From the NCBI GenBank assembly GCA_016748015.1, contig JAAOMT010000222.1, positions 437,924 to 501,923 of the forward strand: a stretch of 64,000 nt of DNA. Direction: 5' to 3'. Below are positions 53,901 to 64,000 of the stretch, one piece after another. The position numbers and the translations under genes are program-made. The stretch's first letter is position 1; each line of letters starts with the position of its first letter. The stretch is from Geosiphon pyriformis uo1. Its lineage: Eukaryota; Fungi; Glomeromycota. The notes under the pieces are model-generated. The model made no database searches, had not been told where the DNA came from, and worked only from the letters and a program-made list of their open reading frames with translations.

Positions 53901-55849
53901 TTACAGTTACTCAAGTATGCTATATATATATTGTAAAAAGATAAAGTTTTTAAATCACAGTTTTGTTTGCAGTTTGAATTTGTCTGTTTGTTAAAATTTG
54001 TTAAATGAATACTTTTTTTTTTGAATATCTTTAATCAATACAACTCTAGCTTTATTTGTGGTGTTGTAATTATTGGCTTTATGTGTTTTTAATACAAGTT
54101 TATATACAGTCTTGTATAAAGAGTTTGTGTTTATATATTAATTAGTAAAGACCAAGGCTTTGTTTAGAAACACCAAACTTGTTACAATCACATTGATTAA
54201 GTTTATTTAGGGCTTAGCTATTAGTCATAAAAAGTAGATATAGGTGTTTAATTTAAAGTTTTAGGCTAATATGAATTATAAAAGTTTGTTAAATAAGAAT
54301 GATTTTTCATTTGAAACTGTTCACAGTTTTTCTGTTAAGATTTTAAGTAGTGTTATTTAGTTGTTGAAAATTAAAGAAAATTATGTTATTAGTTTTGAAT
54401 TAAAAATAAATTATTTGTTTTTTGCTAATATAATTAAAAATATTATAGTTAATATAGATATATAGTATAGTCTTAATTAACTAGATGACTGGTTATATAT
54501 AGCAAATGTATAATTTACATTTAATTTAGAACTCTAGATATTTATATTATATTAGATAATAATTGAGTCTTACTTATTATCACAGTAAAAAAAAAATATT
54601 TTCTAAAACTTAAAATTAATAATTATTATTAAATAATTTTTAAATTTGAATATATAAAATTTAAATTTACTTTATATTTTTTTTTGTATTCTTAAAATAA
54701 CAAAAACAATTTCACAAAATAAATTAAAAATTACACAGAAAACTCTAAAAAAAATAATATAAAAACTTTATAGGCCAAAATTTTTTTTAATTTTTTTTAA
54801 TTTTTATATAATAAATATTTTAAAAACTAACAATAGTCTTAAAAATACTTCTTAAATCAGTTATAATAATTATTAAAAGTTAAATTAATTATACTTAAAC
54901 AAAATTTTTTATAACTTTAAAAGCAAATATACAATAAATTCAAAATAATAATTAGATTAACAAATATTTATCACAAAATTAAAACAGTTTTTAGATTTTA
55001 TAATCTATTTTACATTTGTAAAAATGTTTTATAAAACCCAATTTTACAATTATTAAAGATTTAATCCATTAAAAAATTTATAAAATTGAAATTTTAACAA
55101 TTTTTAAATCAAATTTCTTTAATAATTTTGAATTATTTAAAAATTACAAACAGTATTTAGACTTTAATAAAACTTAATTTTAAAAAAAAATTATGTTATT
55201 AATAGAAATTTAAACTATTAATTAATATAAAATTATTTTATAATTTTTATTATTTAATTAGTATATATTATTATTTAATTTATTATTTATTATTTTATTA
55301 AATTATTCAAATTATTATTTAATTAATAATTAATATTACAAATAATTTTTGAAATTATTAGAATTTTTTGTAACTTGGTATTTGAATTTATTATTTTATT
55401 AATTAAAAGTTTTTTAAAAATTTTAGTAATAAAGTTTTTTGTATAATAAATAAAGATTTAATAAAATAATAAATAATATTTGGTATTTAATTTTTTCAAT
55501 ATAATAATTGGTTTATTTTGTTGTTTTTTACTTTTTTAATAAGCAATTCTAATTTTTTTAACTATATTTTACATTTTATTTTAATATTTTTTACCAGAAA
55601 ATTTTTGATATTATAATTTTAATATTTTTTTTAATTAATTAGTAATACATAAAACAAAATAAAAATAAAAAAACAAAATAAAAATAGAAATTAATATTTT
55701 GTTAATAACTATAATTAAGAATTATTGTTTTAGTATTATTAATAATATTGTAATAATAATAATAATATTAATATAAAAATAATAATAATTCAATAAAATA
55801 AATTAAAATACATAAAATTGTATTTGAATAATATAATTAATAATTTATA

Positions 55850-58800
55850 TAAGAGATTATTCATAAGGTAATAAGTTTATTGACTAATAAAATGTTCAAA
55901 AAAATATGGTTCAAGGAATTCAATAGTGTCTTTACCAAGAAATCTTTCAAGTTTTATAGATTGGAATTGTTAGTATTAAGAATTATTAAGTTTTTACATA
56001 ATAGGTTTAGTAATAAGTTTGCTTCTTTGATGACTCACTGATTGTCTTTGAACAGTAATAAAGCTTTAAAAGTTCAGATTTTGTTAAACTCTAATTCTAA
56101 CTTAAAATGTATAAGATCTGCACTTTTTATCATAAGAAAATTATATTGTGTCTTCAAACTTGCCAAATCATAAAAGGCTAAAAAATTTAATATTAGATCT
56201 ACTATTAATAAATAAATAGAAAGCTTTGTAGTCAATAAAAATCATATAATCTGGAGTATTTTGAAGCATTTTTTTCGAAGAGTGGCATTAAACTATTTAG
56301 TTGCTAATAATAAATTGGTTTTAGATTTTGTTGAGGTTAAATCTAAGATTGATACAATTATAAAAGATTGAACAAGAAAAAAATTAGTATTAAACAGTAT
56401 TTTTAATCTGTAATATTATTAATATTACCTACTAATTTATATTAATAATACAGCTTTTTCCAATGTTATAAATGTTATTAATTATGATGATATAGTACAT
56501 GTAATCAGGAATCTACCTGACAGAAAAACTACTGGCTTGTCAAATATTATAAATGAACTCTGAAAACACTATAACAAATCAATACTTTTAATGTTCTTAA
56601 ATATCTTAAACTCTTATTTGGTATATAAGTTTGTGCCTTAGCCATAAAAAGAAATTTGAGTATTAATGATTTCTAAGCCATATAAATAAAAAGGCATTTT
56701 AATTAACACCGGGCTAATTGTTCTAATTAAAACTGCTTGAAAAATTCTTTTTAAGATACTCTTTAAATGGATTTTTTTGGTTGTAGCAAATTTAATATTC
56801 TTTACAGTAACAATTTTTCTGTATTATGAGGTATTACTACTTAGTTTAATGGGCTTAGTAGTTAAAAATATATTAGAAAAGAGTTGTGAATTCTGACTAG
56901 TTCTACAAAATATGCAAAAGACTTATAATTTTGTTAAATAACACCATTTAAAAAATAGTTTAGTTTATATTAAAATATGTAAGCATTTTATCAAGTTCTT
57001 TGGAAGTATTTACAATAATAGGATTAATTAAATTATAACAAATTATGGACTTATTAATGAATACTGAATACATGATATGTTGAACCAAGATGAAATTTTC
57101 TCTTTTTTGCTCTGAAGGATCTTTTATGACTCTTCTTTATGCAAAGTTAAAAGACAGAAAAGTTTGTATGATTACTGTATTAATACTAAGTTTGTTGCCA
57201 AAACTGGCAGACTAAAAAACCAGAATAAGTTGTCTTTGTATCTAGCAAATAGTGTCTTTATTAATAACACAATTTGAATAAAAAGTAGTTAGACTGCTAC
57301 TTAATATATTTTGGATGTGGTGAGTAAATTTTTTAAATTAAATAATATTTTAATAAACAATAAAAAATCAATGGCCATTTTTATTAATTAAAGAATAAAA
57401 GATACTTTATTATTAATAAGTGGTTTGCTTATATTTATTGTGAAGAAAAAAGAGTTTTACAGATATTTTAGTATCTTTTTGTTTTTTGAAAGTTTGTTCA
57501 AATCCAGTTTGGTAAAGACTTATTCAAATATTAAGTTCTTTGTTAATTTGGTTTTAAGAAAAGCTATTTCAAATAAACAGTTTTTCTATTTAGTCTTAGC
57601 TGTTTTGTAGTCTATAGTTAATTATAGAACTTAATTTAGTTTTGTCTCTAAAAGTGTATGTGTAATAAATATAATATGCTAATTAAAAAAAATTTAAGGA
57701 TAAAAGCTGGCTTGCCAAAAAATTTTCTTAATAAGACTTTTTATCACTTATTATTATATGGTTTAAAGCTTTTTAAGCAAGTACAGACTAAAAATAAGAT
57801 GGCTTTTGTGTTGAATTTTTTAAATGCTTATAGAATTTATGATTATCTGTTTAATCATAGATCTTTAGATCTGCAAATTTTGAATTGGTTTTCTATCCAC
57901 TTTTTATGCTGTTATATAAAATTAAAGATCAGTCCAGTTAACAATTTTTGGTCAGTATAGTAAAAAAATTTTTGGATTGTAATATTTCTTTTGACAATAA
58001 TTTTTTGTCTGTATTTTATTTGTCTAATAACACTCTAATGTCTTTTGTTTTAAGAAATTCAATGTTTTATGAAGTTTTTTGTTTATTTAAAAAGTTTTGT
58101 ATTGCTTTTGTTAACTAATTGTATGATAAAAAAGAGTTAGTCTTTGATTAGAAGAGCTTTCACTATTGAAAAAAACTTGGTATTAAAGATTTAGTCTCTG
58201 TTTTATTTAAATTAGCATATAATTTTTTGGTCAAATTTGTATTTTTTTTTTCTGCTGAGTCATCCAATATTAGCTTTCTACTTTTGAACTTTTATAATAC
58301 TAGTAATATTTCTGGAATAATACAGTGTCTCTCTGATATTAATTTGAATATTGTCAATGTCTATACAAATGGATTTTTGAGGAACTTAGATACATGTGGA
58401 ATAAAATATAGTGTGGCTGCATTCTTTTCTGACCTGGATGTGAATATTGGTTTTAGAATTGATGGTTTAGTGTTTTCTACAATGGTAGAATTACAGGTGA
58501 TTGTTTTGGCTTTGGAGTGTGTTTTTGTTTCCAGTTCTGTTGTAATGTATTTAGATAGTCAAGCTGTTTTGAATGTTTGTATTGCAGAATTAGAAATGGC
58601 TTTACTCAATTTTTGCAACTGTTGCTAGATAGAAAGACATAATACTGTAAACTCTATTAGAAACAAAGAACTTGATGTTTTTTAATCCAAGATTAAAGAA
58701 TATTTAGGTGTTTTGAACAATAAACATGCTAATAAGTTGACTGATTTAGCTTTATATTTAAATTTAATGCTTTTTGTTCTTGTTAAAAAGAAGTTTATTA

Positions 58801-59764
58801 AAACTAGTAGAGTAGTGATGTTTGGAAATATTCATTATTTTACTTGTAAGGTTTTTAGAGCTATTTATTGTACTTATTGAGAAATTGGGTCTGGATTTAG
58901 CATAATTGATAAAAACATGATTAAAAATGTGAATTGAGTTTGAATTTTCTCTATTTGGCACTCTAACTCACATATGATGACTGGTTTCACAAGTAAATTT
59001 ACTGCCAGTTTATAATTACATTTTATAAAGACTTTATATTGTCATTTGCCAATTACTATTTAAAAGTATTTATATAATAAGATATATCTTAATGTATTAT
59101 GTCTTTATTGTAAAAAGATAAAGAGTTTTAACCATTTTTTTACATGTCCAATAGACTCTGTTGCTTATAAAAATCTGTTTGAATCACATCTAATTTAGTG
59201 AAGTATTATATTAAATTTAAGCTTGTTATTATTTCATGTTTTATAAATGTTTTTTTTGTGTGCTTTTAATGTTACTATATATACTGCTTTGTGTAATAAT
59301 TTTATGTTCAAGAAATGATATTCAGAGACTGTGTCTATTTTTTATAATGTTAAAGTTGTTAATATTAAAGTTGTTAATTTTGTGCAAAACTTAGAGTTGG
59401 CTTATCAAACTGAGATTTGGATAATAAAAGCTAAATATAAAGCAATTATGGAGAAACAAAGTTTGATTATGTATAGTAATCTGGTGTTTTTTAACATTTA
59501 TGATCTGTTATCTTTGTTTTTTGATAGTATTATTAAGTTGCTTAGAATTGTTGAAACATATGGTATTAGCTTTGGTTTTTGTAAGCTTTACTGTTTTTTT
59601 TCTGGTTTTGATGACACAGTATCTATTAAGATAAATTTATAGTGTTGCTCTAATTGGTCCAAGTAATTAGTCATATGTAAAAAGTGCATAATTTGTATCT
59701 AGTTTAGTTTAATGTATTATGCTAAATAATATTTGGGCCTCATTCATTAAGCATTAAAAAAAAA
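55850..59764 (+). mobile_element. LINE-G: 5'-truncated and heavily mutated (RT, RNase H, CCHC, 3' UTR, poly(A))
   Basis: VLQNMQKTYN, VFINNT, VYTNGF...VELQV...YLDSQA. Stop at 59642; poly(A) at 59756-59764. Confidence 0.88.
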
Positions 59765-60002
59765 TTTAATAATTTTATTTAAAATAATAATAAATTTTAA
59801 GTGTTAAATTATTAACTATAAAAATTAATTAAATTTATCTGTTTTTAATATTTTGTTATATATACATAAATTTTTATAATACATAATTTTTGAAATTCTT
59901 ATAATTTTTTGAAATTATTATTGGAATTTTTAATATTATATGTTTTAATAATTTTATATTATATTTTATTATTATTATTTTTTTGTTTTATTTTATAAGT
60001 AA

Positions 60003-62285
60003 TTTTTTTTTTATTAGAATTTAATGAGCAAGGCCCAACCACTATTTAATGCAATATGAATATGTAGAGTCTTAAAATTAGATGTAGTTCACGTGTTTTC
60101 TACATGTAACCAGCTACTTGAGCCAGCTTAGACTATACTACATTAATGCTCTAGAAGAAAACTTATCCAAAAATGACATCTTTTGAATAACCAAAAACAG
60201 AGTTGCACTATAAAGAACCAATCCAACCAGCCATTCAGCTGTTTTTAAGACATCAGCTTTAATATTAATAGGCTTATGCTTCCAAAGAGACAACAAATTA
60301 GAAAACACCTCATCATCCAAACCAACTGGATGCTCTGAATCATCAGACATATCAATATCCTCCATGCAGCATTTTTTTTTTAAAGAAATCACTTCTCTCT
60401 TCAACTTACCAACAATCTTACTAAAAGAACCCATATGTACCAAGACCTCATTGACCTTAAGACCAAGTTTACTGCTTGAGACCAAATCCCTATTAATAAA
60501 TTGCTCAAACAATTTGACCAAGGAACCAACTGGTTTAACAATAGACTCAACCAAAGTAGAAAGCTTGACCAAATCAGATTCCAAAGAAGCCAACCGGGAA
60601 GACACTAAAGAATCACCAACAATCATAGAAGAGGAAGTAGAAGCTGCCAAGGGAAGAAACTCAGAAGAATCCAGGGAAGCAGAAGCTTTTGCATAAGAAA
60701 CACCACCCACAAAACAAGACTTGAAAACCTTGGGAATCTTGGGAGTAAGAGGTGGAGAAATCTTACAATTCACAACCAGATGGCCTATTTCTTAACACCT
60801 AAAGCAGTGCCGGCAGCCAGGAGTTTCCCACCAGATATGGCATTTTCTTAGAGTACCAGTCTTAACTACAGCAGAATTCAAATCACCTTGAGAGTCAAAT
60901 ATAACCAAAGCAAACTGGGAATGACAACCAGAATCAGGAAAACGAGGGATGAAACATGTTCAACCACCAATCTGAGAAATCATATTACTGATTTCAAAGG
61001 TGGTACAGCCAGGGAAAAGGTTGACCAATTTGGTCTTAAACTTATCATGAGACAAAATAGTCTTATTTTGATTCACTAAAAGGAGGATTCTAACACTATT
61101 TTTGCCCATCAAGACTGACCAATGCTTTAAGACAGACACAGCAGAATCTAACTTTTCAAAATAAACCACCACATACTGCCAAATGCCAGCAGGCTTCAGC
61201 ACAACACAAGTAATACTACCAAATACACTGAGAGCCAACTTAATATCAGCAATAGACACACCCAAAGATACATCATGTAGCACAACAGCAGCAAGAGGGG
61301 AACCAAATTCAGAAACCACCAAAGACTTGGCAATTTTGAGAGTGGTCAAATGAACAGAGCTTGTAAACTCAACCAGAAATGCAGTTTCCAAAGACTGTTG
61401 AGAAGCAAACTCCACACAGAAAAGCTTCACATTGTCTTTTAAAACAGATTTAGCACCCAAGAAACCATGCACAGACTGAAAAACAGTCTTAATATGAGCC
61501 AATTTGATCTTAAAAGTAGCACCAGGCACCAGAGTGAAGGCCACTCACCCAGCAAACCTTTGACGACTAGTAATAGTTTCCCAAGCACCACCAAAAGTAG
61601 CACCAGAAACTAGAGAAGGAGATGAATCAGTTTCCATTTGATCAGCCCAGTTCCCAAGAACAGGTGATCCAACAAGAGGAGATTGTTTTACTTCTAAAAC
61701 TGGCGATGATCTGCTAAAAGACACTACATTTGGCAACACAGCCAGTGGTTGATCTTGGCCCATCTTAAATAATGTGCCAGATGATGCTATGGAGATCTCA
61801 TTTAAGATCTTATTGGGAACCACAAAGGAGTTCGGTGTAACAATAGCAGAAGCAAGTGACTGCCCCCACTTTTCTGAACTTTTGGTCTTTTTGACCATTT
61901 TTTTTAAAGAAGAAGTGCTAGCAGTACCAGATGTTGAAGCTATAGAGGGAAATACCAACTTATTTATTGGTCTATTATTAAAAACTTTTGGGCTCTTGGT
62001 TGGAGTGGAGACAACACTGGAACTAACCCAGGTGTGTCTTTTTGAGGGGATTTTGACTGGTAAAAAACCAGCCAAAGATGAGGAAGTTGTTTCAGTGGCT
62101 ACCAAAAGCAGCTTATCACGATTACTGGGTAAGGAGAAGGCTTCTACAACGTTTTGCCTAGTTGCTTCTACAACAGAAAGAGCTCCTCTGGTTGAAATTT
62201 TATTAGATATCTCAGAACAAATATTAGGTGCAGCTTTTTTACTCTTTGCTTTGGTTGTGGTCATAAAATTAAAGAAACAAAAAGT
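60003..62285 (-). mobile_element. ORF1-only (HAL1-like) non-autonomous retroposon, copy 1
   Basis: One ORF1-like frame at 62264-60138 is followed directly by the LINE-type 3' UTR (60137-60015) and poly(A) (60003-60012). No ORF2 sequence. Confidence 0.85.
60138..62264 (-). pseudogene. ~708-codon ORF1-like protein: Ser/Thr-rich N-terminus, RRM-like domains, CCHC and coiled coil
   Basis: ORFs 61545-62264, 60960-61544 and 60138-60773 share one frame and are broken only by transition-type stops. LSVFGSITCV...YVVVYF is RRM-like; CFRC*EIGHLVVNC is the knuckle; RLASLESDLVKLSTLVE is coiled-coil-like. Confidence 0.8.
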
Positions 62286-63292
62286 TTATATATATATTTT
62301 TTTTAATATTAAGCTTGAATAAAATCTTTTAAATTTTTTTTAAATAAATTTAAGTATTTTTTTTATTATAGCTTTGAAAATTTTAGTTTTTAGTTTTTTA
62401 AATTGTAAATTAGTTATTTTTTTTAATTGGTTTATTATTAATATTTTTATTATTAAATATAGTAATATTTTATTATATTTATAAAAAATTGTATATAGTC
62501 AATATATTATTTTTAAATAAGCTATTAAGTTATTTTTTTCAATAAAATATTTTATTTGTTGTATTATTTTTTTGTCAAATATTTTTTTAAATTTGTTAAT
62601 ATACAATATTTAAATATTTAGCTATTGTTTTAAGTAATAATAGTAATATACTTTTAAAAATTATTTTTTTTGACTTTTTTAATAATTTTTTATTAATTTT
62701 TTAAATTGAATAATTGTTAATAAATTTTTGAAAGTTTTTTTACTTTTTAACAATTTTTTCTATATAATTATCTATTTGTATTCATAATTTATACATAAAT
62801 TGTTTTTTTAAGTGTTTTTATAATAAATTTTTTGACTATTAAATGTTATTTTTATGTTAAAATTTTTGTTTTTTATTAATTAAAACAATTGTTAAGCAAT
62901 TAAGTATATGTTATTTGTAATTTCTATTTTGTTGTTTGTTTTATAATATACTAATAATGTTTATTTATTTTTTTCAGTTTTGTAATATGTTAATTTTAAT
63001 AATAATGATTGGTTTTAAATCTTATAAAATCTTATCTAATTTAATTATTATTTTTTGTGTTTTTAATTATAATATACTGAATATTAATAAAGTTATATAA
63101 TATAAATTTAATTAATTATTATGTATTGTATTAATCAAAAATTTGTTTTTTAATCATAATTTGTATAATTTATTTCCAAATATTTTTTTAATATAAAATA
63201 TTTTGTTTTATTTTAAGTTAAATTTTCTATTCTATTGTTTTTTATTAATACAAATAAGTTGATTAGTATATTTGTTAATAACATAAAAAAAA

Positions 63293-63838
63293 TTTATTGT
63301 TTCTTTAATTTTATAATTATAACCAGAACAAATAGTAAAAAATCTATATTTGATAAAAGTTTTTTCTTTACCTAATAATCATAAAAAACTGTCTTTGGTA
63401 GCTATTAAAACATTTTTCTCATTTTTAACTGGTTTTCCATTAGTTAAAGTTTTTTCAAAAAAACACATTTGGATTAGTCTTAATATTGTCTCTATCTTTT
63501 CAAAAAGCCCAAAATTTTTTAATAACAGATTAGTTAACAATCTGGTTTTCTTTTTATAGTTTTTATATTAGATGCTGTTAACATTTCTTCTTCAAAAAAA
63601 ATGATTAAAAAGACCAAAAGTTCAAAAAAGTGAAAACAATTGTTTGCTTCTGCTGTTGTTATATTGAACTTTTTTGTAGTTTTTAATAAAATCTTAAATA
63701 AAATCTCTGTTGCATTATTTAGCATATCATCTAAGATGGGCCAAGTTAACTACTAATTGTATTATTAATTATGGTGTTTTTCAGCAGATTATTACTGGTT
63801 TTAGAAGCAAAGCAATCATTTTTTGTAAAGTTATCTGT
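63293..63838 (+). mobile_element. ORF1-only retroposon, copy 2 (5' part, older), cut by an LTR
   Basis: Shares the leader TTGTTTCTTTAATTTT-AT(G/A). FSLPNNHKKLSLVA...KKHIWIS...FNNRLVNNLVF is homologous to the 61545-62264 product. Confidence 0.8.
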
Positions 63839-64000
63839 TGTTACAGGATGGTTTTCTTGTTATATTTAATTGCTGATATCCTGCTTTAATTGCAATCAGT
63901 CTTTCGTGAGTTCCTCAATTCTATTTGTGTGATAATGTCACTGTTATACTGAAGGCTTTCTTTTTACTGTTGTGATGTAAGTTATTCTTTAATTTTTGAT
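63839..64000 (-). repeat. Family-3 LTR end (a younger copy); continues beyond the window
   Basis: Begins TGTTACAGGATGG and aligns with 48112-48270 while retaining more G/C. Confidence 0.85.

Larger units (their letters stand above)
37165..54596 (+). mobile_element. LINE-F: full-length, heavily mutated, interrupted by gypsy-2 at 40181-50921
   Basis: ORF1 remnant ~37280-39050. APE start LI*KIAMYNIKGINN at ~39055. ORF2 resumes at ~50926 with RT (VFVNNT ~52081) and RNase H (IYTDGF ~53185). Stop at ~54466, then 3' UTR and poly(A) at 54587-54596. Confidence 0.85.
17375..55333 (+). mobile_element. Old gypsy element (family-2-like) split by five LINEs: dUTPase end, RT, RNase H, integrase, 3' region, PPT and partial 3' LTR
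   Basis: The AT-rich spacers between LINEs are collinear with 44820-50100: 17375-18429 (dUTPase end, RT), 20038-20701 (VVYFNN from YxDD, RNase H), 27606-28447, 35221-35608 and 36802-37160 (integrase), 54597-55193. LTR start TGTTATTAATAG at 55194 follows an A-rich PPT. Confidence 0.75.
55334..63290 (-). mobile_element. Family-1-like gypsy 3' LTR (55334-55850 plus 59765-60002), PPT (~62295-62305) and 3' internal region (62306-63290); interrupted by LINE-G and the ORF1-only element
   Basis: 55334 TATTACAAATAATT matches 3806 onward; 55600-55740 matches 4060-4200; 59835-60002 matches 4420-4625. rc(62960-63120) resembles 49015-49120. Confidence 0.6.

Noticed and set aside
1-64000. Prokaryotic RT systems (retron, DGR, group II intron) or CRISPR arrays
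   Set aside because: The RTs are in LINE or gypsy polyproteins with poly(A) tails, LTRs and TSDs. No regularly spaced repeats or operon structure were seen.

Overview
This is eukaryotic, AT-rich, gene-free DNA made almost entirely of nested retrotransposons. The repeat proteins resemble ones I recall from Glomeromycotina fungi such as Geosiphon; that is unverified recollection, not a search result. I can resolve seven copies of poly(A)-tailed LINEs. Their layout is ORF1 (RRM + CCHC) overlapping ORF2 (APE endonuclease, RT with FVDD motif, RNase H, CCHC) through an ATGA tetranucleotide. There are also several Ty3/gypsy elements of three LTR families (TGTTAC...GTAACA ends, 4-bp TSDs); three copies carry a dUTPase (one only its C-terminus) and two show a Cys-rich insert after the protease. 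Solo LTRs and a ~35-nt LINE stub are also present. The most notable item is a two-copy family of ORF1-only (HAL1-like) non-autonomous retroposons. It shares with all LINE families a ~120-nt 3' UTR that can fold into a four-way junction with a loop-to-tail pseudoknot. All copies are damaged by C>T/G>A transitions in an age gradient, and the context looks different from classical CpA RIP. No intact host gene, tRNA, rRNA or CRISPR array was found. Coordinates of degenerate domains are approximate because they were read by eye.
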